NCBI GenBank assembly: GCA_963814585.1
Contig: CAWFDF010000003.1
Coordinates: forward strand, 320,001 to 384,000
From: an uncultured delta proteobacterium
Lineage (GTDB): Bacteria > Myxococcota > Myxococcia > Myxococcales > Anaeromyxobacteraceae
Direction of reading: 5' to 3'
DNA length: 64,000 nt
Position numbers and translations under genes: made by a program. The notes beneath the pieces are model-generated. The model had not been told where the DNA came from. It did not search any database and saw only the letters and a list, made by a program, of their open reading frames with translations. Shown in pieces: positions 38,066 through 48,022 of this stretch; the stretch's first letter is position 1, and each line of letters opens with the position of its first letter.

Positions 38066-38998
38066 ATGCGCCTCGTCTTCCTGGGCACGCCCGAGTTCGC
38101 CGTCCCGACCGTGGAGGCGCTGGCCCGGGCCGGCCACCAGGTCCTGGCGGTGGTCGCCCAGCCGGACCGGCCCGCCGGGCGCGGCCAGGCGCTCCAGGCG
38201 CCGGCCACCAAGGCCTGGGCGCTGGCGCACGGCGTCCCGGTGCTCCAGCCCGAGAAGGTGCGCGACGGCGCGCTGGCGGCCGCGCTCGCGGCGCTGAGGC
38301 CGGAGGCGCTGGTGGTGACCGCCTACGGCCGCATCCTCGGACGCGACCTGCTGACGCTGGCACCGCTCGGCGCCATCAACGTCCACGCCTCGATCCTCCC
38401 CCGCTGGCGCGGGGCCGCGCCCATCCAGTGGGCGGTGGCCTCCGGTGACGCCGAGACCGGCGTCACCGTCATGCAGATGGACGAGGGGCTCGACACCGGT
38501 GACATGCTGCTGGTCCGGACGCTGGCCATCGGCGCCGAGGAGACGGCGGAGGCGCTGGCCCCGCGGCTGGCGGCGCTGGGCGGAGCGGCGATCGTCGAGG
38601 CCCTGCCGCTGCTGGAGGCCGGGGCGCTGGTGCCGGTGAGGCAGCCGGCGGGCGCGGTGACGCTGGCCCCCATCCTCACCAGGGCCCACGGACGCCTCGA
38701 CTTCACGCGGCCGGCCGCCGAGCTGGCCTGGCGCATCCGCGGCTTCACCCCCTGGCCCGGCGCCTTCACGTCGCTCGCCGGCAAGGTGCTGAAGGTCCAC
38801 CGCGCCGCCCCGGTGCCGGGCGTCGTCGATCCCGGCGCGCCCGGCACGGTGGAGGTGGCCGCCGGATCGCTCCGGGTGGCCTGCGGCGGCGGCACCGCGC
38901 TCGAGCTGCTCGAGGTCCAGCCGGAGGGGAGGAAGCGGATGGCGGCGCGCGACTGGGTGAACGGCCTGCCGCCGGGCCGGCTGGTGCTGGGCGCGTGA
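38066..38998 (+). CDS. fmt: methionyl-tRNA formyltransferase
   Basis: MRLVFLGTPEFA, QPDRPAGRG, INVHASILPRWRGAAPI, MDEGLDTGD. Confidence 0.96.
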   Translation: MRLVFLGTPEFAVPTVEALARAGHQVLAVVAQPDRPAGRGQALQAPATKAWALAHGVPVLQPEKVRDGALAAALAALRPEALVVTAYGRILGRDLLTLAPLGAINVHASILPRWRGAAPIQWAVASGDAETGVTVMQMDEGLDTGDMLLVRTLAIGAEETAEALAPRLAALGGAAIVEALPLLEAGALVPVRQPAGAVTLAPILTRAHGRLDFTRPAAELAWRIRGFTPWPGAFTSLAGKVLKVHRAAPVPGVVDPGAPGTVEVAAGSLRVACGGGTALELLEVQPEGRKRMAARDWVNGLPPGRLVLGA

Positions 38999-40362
38999 TG
39001 GCGCCGGCGGTCACGGCCCGCGCCATCGCCTTCGACGTGCTGCTGCGCGTCGAGGAGGGAGGCGCCTACGCCTCGCGCGCGCTCGACGCCGCCCTCTCCA
39101 GGGCCGGGGCGCTGCCGTCACGCGAGGCGGGCCTGGCCACCTCGCTGGTCTACGGCACGCTGCGCCGCGCCCTCCAGCTCGACGCCGCGCTGGCCCCGCA
39201 CTGCTCCCGGCCGCTGGCGCAGCTCGATCCGGCGGCGCGGGTCCTGCTGCGCCTGGGTGCCTACCAGCTGCTGGTGCTGCAGACGCCGCCGCACGCCGCC
39301 GTCGGCGAGACGGTGGAGCTGGCCAAGGGGACCGCGCATGGCCGCGCCGCCGGCTTCGTCAACGCCGTGCTGCGGGCCCTGCTCCGGGCCGGGCCGCCGC
39401 CGGCGCCGCCGCCGCTGGCCTCGGATCCGGCCGGCCACGTCGCCGCCGCCGAGTCGCTGCCGCGCTGGCTCGCCGAGGAGTGGGTGGCCTGGCTGGGGGC
39501 CGGCGAGGCGCTGGCGCTGGCCGCGGCCATGAACGAGCCGGCACCGCTCACCGTCCGCTCGCCGCGTCCGGCCGAGCTGCTGGAGCGGGCCCGCGCCGCC
39601 GGGCTCGACGCCCGGCGCTGCGCCGGCTCTCCGGACGGGCTCACGCTGGGTGGCGGATCGGTGGCCGATCTCACCCGGGCCGCGGCCGGGCTGCCGTTCC
39701 AGGTGCAGGACGAGGGGGCGCAGGCGGCCGTGCTGCTGGCCGCCGGCCACCTGCGTGGCCGGACCGCCCGCGTGCTGGACGCCTGCGCCGCCCCGGGCGG
39801 CAAGGCCTTCCACCTCGCCGAGCTGCTGGGGCCCGGGTCGGAGGTGGTGGCCGTCGAGCTCCACCCCCGCAAGGCCGAGGCGCTCCGGCAGGAGGCGCGC
39901 CGTCGCTCCCTCCCCGTGACCGTGATCTGCGCCGACGCCGCCCGGCCCATCCCGGGGCTGGAGCCGGGCAGCTTCGACGCCGTGCTGGTCGACGCGCCGT
40001 GCGCCGGGCTGGGGACGCTGCGGCGCCACCCGGAGCTGAAGCAGCGGCGGCAGGCCGGGGACCTGCCCCGGCTGGCGTCGCTGCAGCTGGCCATCCTGCG
40101 GGCCATGGCCGGTTACGCCCGGCCCGGCGCGCCGGTGACCTACGCCATCTGCTCGCTCTCCCGCGCCGAGGGGCCGGAGGTGGTGGCGGCGCTGCTGGCC
40201 GAGGGGTGGCGGCGGGATCCGGCCCCTCCCGACGTGGCCCGCTCCATGCTCGACGCGGATGGCGACCTCCTGACCCTGCCGCACCGCCACGGAGCCGACG
40301 GCTTCTACGCCGCCAGGATCGTCCGGACCACCGCTCCGACCGCCGATCCTGTCCGAGAGTAA
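38998..40362 (+). CDS. rsmB: 16S rRNA m5C967 methyltransferase (Sun)
   Basis: NusB-like N-terminus (FVNAVLR), VQDEG, LDACAAPGGKA, LVDAPCAGLG, YAICS; follows fmt. Confidence 0.92.
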   Translation: MAPAVTARAIAFDVLLRVEEGGAYASRALDAALSRAGALPSREAGLATSLVYGTLRRALQLDAALAPHCSRPLAQLDPAARVLLRLGAYQLLVLQTPPHAAVGETVELAKGTAHGRAAGFVNAVLRALLRAGPPPAPPPLASDPAGHVAAAESLPRWLAEEWVAWLGAGEALALAAAMNEPAPLTVRSPRPAELLERARAAGLDARRCAGSPDGLTLGGGSVADLTRAAAGLPFQVQDEGAQAAVLLAAGHLRGRTARVLDACAAPGGKAFHLAELLGPGSEVVAVELHPRKAEALRQEARRRSLPVTVICADAARPIPGLEPGSFDAVLVDAPCAGLGTLRRHPELKQRRQAGDLPRLASLQLAILRAMAGYARPGAPVTYAICSLSRAEGPEVVAALLAEGWRRDPAPPDVARSMLDADGDLLTLPHRHGADGFYAARIVRTTAPTADPVRE

Positions 40363-40521
40363 GGATCGGAGGAGGGGCCGGAAGGTCCGCGGCGCGAGCG
40401 GATTCGCGCAAGCCCCCGGGATCCCGGGGCCGCGCCACGGCAGGATGGGACGCGCCTCGGCCGGGCTGCTCCGCGCCTTCCACCGCCCCCTGGCTCCCCC
40501 GGGTCGACTACACTCCACGCC

Positions 40522-41196
40522 ATGGCGCCCCCCATCCGCATCGCCCCCTCCCTGCTCTCCGCCGACTTCGGCCGCCTCGCCGACGAGGTGCGCGCCGTCG
40601 AGTCTGCCGGCGCCGACTGGATCCACGTCGACGTGATGGACGGGCGCTTCGTCCCCAACATCACCATCGGGCCGCTGGTCGTCGAGGCCGTCCGCAAGGT
40701 CACCCGCCTCCCCATCGACGCGCACCTCATGATCGTCGAGCCCGAGAGGTACGTGGAGGCCTTCGCCAGGGCGGGCGCCGACCTCATCAGCGTGCACGCC
40801 GAGGCCTCGCCCCACCTCCACCGGACGCTGCAGGCCATCCGCGCCGCCGGGGCCCGGCCGGCGGTGGCCCTCAACCCCTCCACCGGCCTGGAGGCCGTCG
40901 AGTACGTGCTCGGCGACTGCGAGATGGTCCTGCTCATGACGGTGAACCCCGGCTTCGGCGGGCAGCGGTACATCGACGCCTGCACCGACAAGGTCCGCCG
41001 GCTGCGCGCCATGGCCGACGCCCGGCAGCAGCCGCTCGAGGTGCAGGTGGACGGTGGCATCAAGGCCGAGTCCATCGGCGCCGTGGCCGCGGCCGGCGCC
41101 AACGTCTTCGTGGCCGGGACCGCGGTCTTCGGCCAGCGCGACTATCGCCAGGCCATCGCCGGCCTGCGCGCCGCCGCGGGCCGGCGCAGCGGATGA
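40522..41196 (+). CDS. rpe: ribulose-phosphate 3-epimerase
   Basis: IAPSLLSADF, HVDVMDGRFVPNIT, DAHLM, MTVNPGFGGQ, VDGG. Confidence 0.97.
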   Translation: MAPPIRIAPSLLSADFGRLADEVRAVESAGADWIHVDVMDGRFVPNITIGPLVVEAVRKVTRLPIDAHLMIVEPERYVEAFARAGADLISVHAEASPHLHRTLQAIRAAGARPAVALNPSTGLEAVEYVLGDCEMVLLMTVNPGFGGQRYIDACTDKVRRLRAMADARQQPLEVQVDGGIKAESIGAVAAAGANVFVAGTAVFGQRDYRQAIAGLRAAAGRRSG

Positions 41197-42656
41197 ACCT
41201 CTCGGCCGCCATCGCCATCGCCGCCGGCGCGGTGGCGGGCTACGTCGGCCTCCTGGCGAGCCGGTTCGCCCGGGCGCCGGGCTGGGGCGAGCAGCGCTGG
41301 TTCTCCCTCATCGCCTTCTGCGCCTCCGCCTACGCCTACGGCAACGTGGCCACCTCGCTCGGCTGGCCCGATGCCACGGTGGTGGCGCTCTCCCGCCTCC
41401 AGCTCGCCTCGGTGCTGGTGCAGGCCTGGGCCTGGCTCCGGTACGTCGACGCCTGCGCCTGGCGCCACCCCGGACCCGGCGAGCGGCGCGGCGTCGGGCT
41501 GCTCCTCGTCCTCGCCGCCTGCTCGCTCCTGCCCGGCGTCGCCTACGACGGCACGGTGGTCGGGCACGCCGTCCCCTGGTTCTCCAGCGCCTACCGTGAC
41601 GCCGTCCCGACGGCGGCCGGCACCGGCCTGTTCATCGTCGCCTTCGGCTCGGCCCTGGTGGTCCTCGCCCGGCTGGTCGCCGCCTGGCGGCGGGGCCTGC
41701 CGCACGCGGCGCTCCACGCCCTGTCCTTCGCCGCGCTGCTGGCCTTCGGCGTCAACGACGGGCTGGTGGCCAGCGGCCTCTTCTCGGGCCTCTACCTCCT
41801 CGACGTCGGCTTCGTGATCCCGATCGGCGTCATGGCCTTCTCGCTGACGCAGCGCTTCGTCGAGGACTCCCGGGCCCTCCACGCCCTGCGGCAGCGGCTC
41901 GAGGCGCTGGTCGAGGCCCGGACCGGGGCGCTGGTGGAGGCGCGGGAGGCGCTCCACCAGGCCGAGAAGCTGGCCTCGCTGGGCCAGTTCGCCGCCGGCA
42001 TGGCCCACGAGGTGAACAACCCCGCCTCGGTGGTCACCTCCGGCCTGGCCTACCTGGAGCGGGGCCTCGCCGCCGGAGCGCCGCCACCCGACGCCCACCA
42101 GGCCACCGTCGAGGCGCTGGCCGCCATGCAGCGGATCAACGGCCTGGTGCGCCGGCTGGTCGACGCCGGCCGGCTCGCCTCGGTCCCCGCGGCCAGCGGG
42201 ACCACCCCGGTCCGGGGCGTCATCGAGCAGGCCCTCGACGACGCCCGGGCCCGGAGCGGCGAGCGGGTCGAGTTCCGGCTGGAGGGGAGGCCCGACCAGC
42301 ACGCCGGCCTGCGGCCAGAGGTCCTGGCGCAGGTCCTCTCGGCGCTCCTCCACAACGCGGCCGAGTCCATCCCGGCCGGACGCCCGGGACGGGTGTCGGT
42401 CGCGGTGAGGGCGGCCGAGGACGGCCGGTTCGAGCTCACCGTCACCGACGACGGCGAGGGCATGCCGCCGGGGGTGCTGCGCCGCGCCTTCGAGCCCTTC
42501 TTCAGCACCAAGGGGGAGGGCCATGGGAGCGGCCTGGGACTCCCGGTGGCCCGCGCGCTCGTCGAGAGCCTGGGCGGCGAGCTGCGGCTGGAGTCCACCC
42601 CGCAGCTGGGGACCACCGCGATCCTGGCCCTGCCCGAGGCGCCGCCGCCGCCTTGA
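41193..42656 (+). CDS. 7TM sensor histidine kinase
   Basis: About seven TM segments, EKLASLGQFAAGMAHEVNNP (H-box), DDGEG, FEPFFSTK, GSGLGL. Confidence 0.92.
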   Translation: MNLSAAIAIAAGAVAGYVGLLASRFARAPGWGEQRWFSLIAFCASAYAYGNVATSLGWPDATVVALSRLQLASVLVQAWAWLRYVDACAWRHPGPGERRGVGLLLVLAACSLLPGVAYDGTVVGHAVPWFSSAYRDAVPTAAGTGLFIVAFGSALVVLARLVAAWRRGLPHAALHALSFAALLAFGVNDGLVASGLFSGLYLLDVGFVIPIGVMAFSLTQRFVEDSRALHALRQRLEALVEARTGALVEAREALHQAEKLASLGQFAAGMAHEVNNPASVVTSGLAYLERGLAAGAPPPDAHQATVEALAAMQRINGLVRRLVDAGRLASVPAASGTTPVRGVIEQALDDARARSGERVEFRLEGRPDQHAGLRPEVLAQVLSALLHNAAESIPAGRPGRVSVAVRAAEDGRFELTVTDDGEGMPPGVLRRAFEPFFSTKGEGHGSGLGLPVARALVESLGGELRLESTPQLGTTAILALPEAPPPP

Positions 42657-42657
42657 A

Positions 42658-42736
42658 GGCGCCGCTCACCTGGCACGATCCCTGCTGCGGCGCACGCTGC
42701 CTGGCTGCGATGGGCCCAGGCCGAGCGAGGGGCGCC
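42658..42736. repeat. palindromic REP/MITE-like element, internally deleted copy B
   Basis: 42676-42706 is an exact 31-bp reverse complement of 43891-43921; the ends match the terminal repeats of copy C. Confidence 0.85.
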
Positions 42737-43139
42737 GTGAAGCCGGGGCCCGCCGGCGCTCGCGCCGCAGCCGCTCCACCCGGACCGGCGCCACGCCCCG
42801 CTCGACGATGCCGATGGCCGCCGCCGCGGCCCGGGAGAGATCGACCACCCGGCCGCGCACGAAGGGCCCGCGGTCGTTGACCGTCACCACCACGCTCCGC
42901 CCGTGCGCCTGCTCGATGACGCGCAGCCGCGTGCCGAACGGCAGGGAGCGGTGGGCGCAGGTGAGGGCGGCCGGATCGTAGCGGACGCCGCTGGCGGTGA
43001 GGCGGCCATTGAAGGAGTCGGCGTAGAAGCTGGCCAGCCCCTCCTCGGCGCCTCCGGTCGCGTCACCTCCGGCGCGGGGTCCGTGCCCGCACCCCGTGGC
43101 CAGCGCCAGCGCCACCGCGGCCAGCCCGGCCCGGCTCAC
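42666..43139 (-). CDS. rlpA: RlpA-family (DPBB) lytic transglycosylase lipoprotein
   Basis: Lipobox ATGC; GLASFY, TASG, TCAHRSLPFGT, VNDRGPF, DLSRAAA. Confidence 0.9.
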   Translation of the reverse strand: MSRAGLAAVALALATGCGHGPRAGGDATGGAEEGLASFYADSFNGRLTASGVRYDPAALTCAHRSLPFGTRLRVIEQAHGRSVVVTVNDRGPFVRGRVVDLSRAAAAAIGIVERGVAPVRVERLRRERRRAPASRRPSLGLGPSQPGSVRRSRDRAR

Positions 43140-43759
43140 CGCGATCCGCCCAGCGCCCGCCGCACCTCGGGGTGGACCGCGAGCAGCTGGAGCGCCTCGG
43201 CCAGCAGCGTCCGCCCCGGCTCCACCTTGAACCAGGTGGAGGCGCCCGACGGGTGCGGGAGCGGGATCACCTGCACCGCGTGGCCGTGCCAGGTGACGTC
43301 GAAGGTCCGCCCGATCACCCCGGCGAGCGGCCGGGGGCCCAGCACCTCGCCGATGGCGAGCCGGCCGATCGGCACGATCAGGCGCGGCCTGAGGATGTCC
43401 AGCTCGCCCACGATGAAGGGACGCCAGCGCTCGATCTCGGCGGGGGTCGGCACGCGGTCGCCGCCGCCCCGGGCCTTGCCGGGGAAGCCGCGGGCCACCG
43501 CCGAGATGTAGAAGGCGTCCCGCACCTCCGCCTCGCCGGCGCCGGTGGCCTGCTCCAGCCAGCGGAAGAGGGTCTTGCCCGCGGTCCAGGCGAAGGGCCG
43601 GCCCAGCCTGGCCTCGTGCGGACCCGGCGCCTGGCCGAGCAGGAAGACGCCGCTCACCACTGGCGGCCCGTGAACGGTGGGGCCGAAGCCGCGCGGCCGG
43701 AAGGCCGCCATCCTGCGGTGCAGCGCCCCCAGGGCCACCTCGGCCTGGCGCCGGGTCAC
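43136..43759 (-). CDS. uracil-DNA glycosylase superfamily protein
   Basis: LLGQAPG..E...GRPF...AG, FPG, GDRVP, LPHPSG. Confidence 0.85.
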   Translation of the reverse strand: MTRRQAEVALGALHRRMAAFRPRGFGPTVHGPPVVSGVFLLGQAPGPHEARLGRPFAWTAGKTLFRWLEQATGAGEAEVRDAFYISAVARGFPGKARGGGDRVPTPAEIERWRPFIVGELDILRPRLIVPIGRLAIGEVLGPRPLAGVIGRTFDVTWHGHAVQVIPLPHPSGASTWFKVEPGRTLLAEALQLLAVHPEVRRALGGSR

Positions 43760-43940
43760 GGCGCCCCTCGCTTGGCCCGGGCCCGTGGCGAGGCACACGA
43801 TGCCGTCGGCGAGCCGGGTCGCACGACGACGGAGCAGCGGAAGCGGGCTGGTGGCCCGCTGAGCAGCGGACGGAGGAGTCCGCCCGGCGTAGCCAGGCAG
43901 CGTGCGCCGCAGCAGGGATCGGGCCGAGCGAGTGGCGCCA
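43759..43940. repeat. palindromic REP/MITE-like element, full copy C
   Basis: Imperfect 21-bp terminal inverted repeats (43759-43779 / 43920-43940) enclosing the 41-nt core; fills the whole intergenic space. Confidence 0.85.
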
Positions 43941-44870
43941 TCAGGCCCGCCACGGCTCCTCGCGGACCGAGTGGATCCACCCCTCGCAGCGGGGCACGTC
44001 GTGGGGCACGCCCTGGAAGCCGTCGGCCGCCGCCGCCGCCGCGCCCACCGCCGACAGCAGCGCGGCGAGGTGGTCGCCGGTCCCGTCCTCGATGATGGGG
44101 GCGGCCTGCTCCATCTGGAACTCGATCCGGGCCGCGCTCCGCAGCACGCGCAGCAGGGTGGCCCGGGCCGAGCGGCGCGATCCGGCCGAGGCGTCGTCGC
44201 GGAAGTCGCAGCGGCCGCAGAGCGCCCGGGCCACGTGCACCGGCCGCACCTCGACGATGGTGGCGCCGCGCTGGCGCGGCGGATCCCAGGGCACGAAGGC
44301 GGCGTCGAGCCTGGCCATCGTCACCAGGCCGAAGAAGGTGCGCCGCAGCGCTCGCGGCGCGGTGGGCGGCAGCGGCTCGGCCCGGTAGCAGTCGGTGACC
44401 CGGCGCTGATCGCGCCCCAGCTCGGCGCGCAGCCGCGAGGCCGCGCCGCTGAAGTCCCCGGTCTCGCCGAGGAAGCGCTCCTCGAGGTGCTTGCCCAGCA
44501 CCGCCGGGCCCCGCAGGGCCTGGCGCAGCAGGCCGAGCTGCCGCACGTGGGTCTCGGGCAGGGAGAGCGGGAAGTCGACGCCGACCACCAGCCGCCCCTC
44601 GGCCCAGCGCAGCTGCTCCTCGAGCCAGGCCGGGAACCGGCTCCTCACGTCGCGCCGTCCCGGCGCGTCGCCGAACGGGCGCCAGAGCCGCGCCAGCCGG
44701 GCCCGGTCGCGCTCGCAGTCGAGGCTGGCGGCGACGATCTTGTTGCCGGCCCCCTCGACGCCGCTCCAGGCCAGGCCGATGAAGGTGCCCCGCGCCGGCA
44801 GCGCCAGCCGGGGGGGCTGGGCGCGGCCGAAGACGGCGCTGGCGCCACCTGGCTCCTGATCGTCGGCCAC
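43941..44870 (-). CDS. DUF429-like (RNase H-fold) protein
   Basis: FIGLAWSG, VVGVDFPLSLP, RRVTD, IVEVRP, EGWI motifs. Start position uncertain. Confidence 0.65.
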   Translation of the reverse strand: MADDQEPGGASAVFGRAQPPRLALPARGTFIGLAWSGVEGAGNKIVAASLDCERDRARLARLWRPFGDAPGRRDVRSRFPAWLEEQLRWAEGRLVVGVDFPLSLPETHVRQLGLLRQALRGPAVLGKHLEERFLGETGDFSGAASRLRAELGRDQRRVTDCYRAEPLPPTAPRALRRTFFGLVTMARLDAAFVPWDPPRQRGATIVEVRPVHVARALCGRCDFRDDASAGSRRSARATLLRVLRSAARIEFQMEQAAPIIEDGTGDHLAALLSAVGAAAAAADGFQGVPHDVPRCEGWIHSVREEPWRA

Positions 44871-44879
44871 GCTTCGCGT

Positions 44880-45539
44880 TTACTGCCGGCGCGGGAGGGA
44901 GTCAACGAGCCGCCCCGAATGGTCGGACGCCTCCCGGGCGCTCCCGGCGTGACGGGGCCGTCCGCGGCGCAGCCTCGCCAGCAGCAGGATCCCGATCACC
45001 GCCGCGAAGACCGCCGGCTTGAGCCGGTCGGCCTTGACGCGCCAGGCGAAGTGGACGACGCCGAGCAGGGCCGCCGCGTAGGCCAGGCGGTGGAGCGCCT
45101 TCCAGCGGGCGAAGCCGAGCCGTCGCACCCAGCCGTCGGTCGAGGTGATCGCCAGCGGCAGGAGCAGCAGCAGCGTGGCGAGCCCCACGGTGATGAAGGG
45201 GCGCTTCACCACGTCGGCGCCCACCGCCCGCAGGTCGAAGAACTGGTCGACGCCGAGGTACCAGGAGAAGTGGAGCGCGCCGTAGGCGAAGGCGGTGACC
45301 CCGAGGAGCCGCCGCAGCCGGAGCGGCCATCCGATCCCGGTCCAGAGCCGCAGCGGCGTCGGCGCCAGCGAGAGGGCCAGGAAGGTGAGCGTCCAGAACC
45401 CCAGCCGGTTGAGCACCGCCTCGATGGGGTTGGCACCGAGCCGGTGGCGGGCCGCGTCGGCGAGCAGGAGCGTCAGCGGCGCCAGGGCCGCGACCCACCC
45501 CGCCGACCGCACCCACCGGATCCTGGCCGCGCTCTCCAC
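44880..45539 (-). CDS. msrQ: protein-methionine-sulfoxide reductase heme subunit
   Basis: LGANPIE, RRLLGV.AF.YG.LH, KRPFITVG, LAITS, WKALHRLAY. Confidence 0.93.
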   Translation of the reverse strand: MESAARIRWVRSAGWVAALAPLTLLLADAARHRLGANPIEAVLNRLGFWTLTFLALSLAPTPLRLWTGIGWPLRLRRLLGVTAFAYGALHFSWYLGVDQFFDLRAVGADVVKRPFITVGLATLLLLLPLAITSTDGWVRRLGFARWKALHRLAYAAALLGVVHFAWRVKADRLKPAVFAAVIGILLLARLRRGRPRHAGSAREASDHSGRLVDSLPRRQ

Positions 45540-45541
45540 GA

Positions 45542-46480
45542 TCAGTACAGGGTGCGCGGATCGAGGCCGGCGTAGAGCGGGGCCACCTCGGCGTAGCCGT
45601 TGTAGGGGAGGGTCTTGCGCTTGAGGAACTCGCCGATGCGCCGCTCCCGGTCCTGGGCCCAGCGCGGGTGATCCACGGCCGGGTTGACGTTGCCGTAGAA
45701 GCCGTACTCCCGCGGCGCCATCCGGCTCCAGCTGGTGGGCGGCTGGCGCTCGGTCAGGGTGATGCGGACGATCGACTTGATGCCCTTGAAGCCGTACTTC
45801 CACGGCACCACCAGCCGGAGCGGCGCCCCGTTCTGCCCAGGGAGGACGCGGCCGTAGAGCCCGACCGCCAGCAGCGTGAGCGGGTGGGTCGCCTCGTCGA
45901 TGCGCAGCCCCTCCACGTAGGGCCAGTCGAGCACGGCGCGGCGCTGGCCGGGCAGCTGGGCCGGGTCGAGCAGCGTCTGGAAGGCCACGAACCGGGCCTT
46001 CGAGGTCGGCTCGACCTGGCGGAGCAGGTCGCCGAGCGGGAAGCCGACCCAGGGGATCACCATCGACCAGGCCTCGACGCAGCGCATCCGGTAGACCCGC
46101 TCCTCGAGCGGGAAGCGCCTCCAGAGCGCGTCGACGTCGAGGGTGAGCGGCCTCCTCACCTCGCCGTCGACGGTCACCGTCCAGGGGCGCGGCCGCAGCG
46201 CGCCGGCGCGCCGGGCCGGATCCTCCTTCTCGGTCCCCAGCTCGTAGAAGTTGTTGTAGGTGGTGACGTCGTCCCACGGCGTGAGGGCATCGCCGCCGGC
46301 CTGCTCCACCCGCCTGGCCACCGGCAGCGCCTCGCCGGTCGGCTGGCCCGCCACGGTCCGGCCGGGCCAGGCCAGCGAGAGCGCCCCGGCCGCACCCAGC
46401 TTGAGGAAGTCCCGGCGCCCGAGCCAGAGCCTCTCCGGCGTCGCCTCCGCCTCCTTCATGTCCGATCGCCAGCGCGCCAT
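45542..46480 (-). CDS. msrP: protein-methionine-sulfoxide reductase catalytic (Mo) subunit
   Basis: Tat motif [47 protein letters not shown]. Confidence 0.96.
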   Translation of the reverse strand: MARWRSDMKEAEATPERLWLGRRDFLKLGAAGALSLAWPGRTVAGQPTGEALPVARRVEQAGGDALTPWDDVTTYNNFYELGTEKEDPARRAGALRPRPWTVTVDGEVRRPLTLDVDALWRRFPLEERVYRMRCVEAWSMVIPWVGFPLGDLLRQVEPTSKARFVAFQTLLDPAQLPGQRRAVLDWPYVEGLRIDEATHPLTLLAVGLYGRVLPGQNGAPLRLVVPWKYGFKGIKSIVRITLTERQPPTSWSRMAPREYGFYGNVNPAVDHPRWAQDRERRIGEFLKRKTLPYNGYAEVAPLYAGLDPRTLY

Positions 46481-46559
46481 GGTCCACCTCTCGCGTCCTG
46501 GGCGAGTTCTAACCAGGGGGCGCCGGCCACGCCGCGGTCACGTCCCGCCGACCCGGATC

Positions 46560-47270
46560 TCACACCGACAGGTACCGCGCCTGGACCTCCGGGTCCCGCT
46601 CCAGCTCCGCCCGCGTCCCCTCGAACTTCACCGCCCCCTTCTCGAGGACCACGCCGCGATCGCAGAGCCCCAGCGCGAACCGGGCGTTCTGCTCGGCCAG
46701 CAGCACCGGCAGGCTGCCCCGGAGCCGCCGCACCACCCCGCCCAGCTCGGACACGATGATGGGGGCGAGCCCCTCGGAGGGCTCGTCGAGGAGGAGGAGC
46801 CTGGGGTTCCCGCACAGCGCCCGGGCGATGGAGAGGAGCTGCTGCTGGCCCCCGGAGAGCGCCCCGCCCTTCCGCTTTCGGAGCGGGGCCAGCAGGGGGA
46901 ACTCCTCGAAGACGCGACCGGGCGTCCAGGCCGGGCCGCCGCGGGCCGGCAGCGTGGCGACCTCCAGGTTCTCGTCGACGGTGAGGCCGGCGAAGACGCG
47001 CCGGTCCTCCGGGACCCAGGCCAGCCCGTCACGGACGTTCTCGTGGACCGCCCGGCCGGCCAGGCTGCGCCCGAGGAAGCGCACCTCCCCGGCCGAAGGA
47101 GGCGAGAGCCCGAGGATGCCGCGGATGGTGGTCGACTTCCCGGCGCCGTTGCGGCCGAGGAGGGCCACCACCTCGCCCTCCCGGACGTCGAGCGAGATCC
47201 CGTGGAGCACGTGGCTCTGCCCGTAGTGGACGTGCAGCCCGCGGACCTCCAGCATCGCCGGTCCGCTCAT
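46560..47270 (-). CDS. livF: branched-chain amino acid-type ABC transporter ATPase (LivF-like)
   Basis: GRNGAGKST, LSGGQQQ, LLLDEPSEGLAP. Confidence 0.9.
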   Translation of the reverse strand: MSGPAMLEVRGLHVHYGQSHVLHGISLDVREGEVVALLGRNGAGKSTTIRGILGLSPPSAGEVRFLGRSLAGRAVHENVRDGLAWVPEDRRVFAGLTVDENLEVATLPARGGPAWTPGRVFEEFPLLAPLRKRKGGALSGGQQQLLSIARALCGNPRLLLLDEPSEGLAPIIVSELGGVVRRLRGSLPVLLAEQNARFALGLCDRGVVLEKGAVKFEGTRAELERDPEVQARYLSV

Positions 47271-48022
47271 GGGGTCGTCCCCAGGTACGCCTCGCGGACC
47301 GCGTGGTTCGCCTTGATCTCCTCGGGCGTGCCCTCCGCGAGCAGTGCCCCCTGGTGCAGCACGAAGATTCGGCGGGCCAGCCCGAACACCACCTTCATGT
47401 CGTGCTCGGTCACGAAGAAGGTGGTCCCCAGCCGCGCCGCCAGCTCGCGGATGAGCGCGATCATCCGGTCGGTCTCCTCGGGGTTCATCCCCGCGGTCGG
47501 CTCGTCGAGGAGGACCAGCCGGGGCGCCCGGGCCAGCACGATGGCCATCTCCACCAGCCGCTTGTCTCCGTAGGCGAGGGTGGCGGTGACCCGGTGGGCC
47601 TGGCCGAGGAGCCCGACCGTGTCGAGCACCTCCTCGGCCCGGCGCCTGGCCTCCTTCTCGGCCGCCAGCCGGCCCAGGAAGCGCCACCCGCGGCCGCGCT
47701 CCAGCAGGAGCGGCACCAGCACGTTCTCGAGGACGGTGAGGCTGGGGAAGACGTTGGTGATCTGGAAGGAGCGGGCCAGGCCATGGCCCACCAGGCGGTG
47801 GGCCGGCACGCCGGTCACGTCGCCGCCGTCGAGCAGCACCGCGCCCCGGGTCGGCGGGAACCGGCCCGAGATCACGTTGTAGAAGGTGGTCTTCCCGGCG
47901 CCGTTGGGGCCGATGAGGGCGGAGAGCTCGCCCCGCTCCACCGAGAGCGACACGCCCTGGAGGGCGGCGAACTTCCCGAAGTGGCGGGTCAGGTCCCGGA
48001 CCTCGAGCAGGGCCGCGCTCAC
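47267..48022 (-). CDS. livG: branched-chain amino acid-type ABC transporter ATPase (LivG-like)
   Basis: GPNGAGKTT, RSFQ, LAYGDKR, LLDEPTAG, EHDM, VREAYLG. Confidence 0.9.
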   Translation of the reverse strand: MSAALLEVRDLTRHFGKFAALQGVSLSVERGELSALIGPNGAGKTTFYNVISGRFPPTRGAVLLDGGDVTGVPAHRLVGHGLARSFQITNVFPSLTVLENVLVPLLLERGRGWRFLGRLAAEKEARRRAEEVLDTVGLLGQAHRVTATLAYGDKRLVEMAIVLARAPRLVLLDEPTAGMNPEETDRMIALIRELAARLGTTFFVTEHDMKVVFGLARRIFVLHQGALLAEGTPEEIKANHAVREAYLGTTP

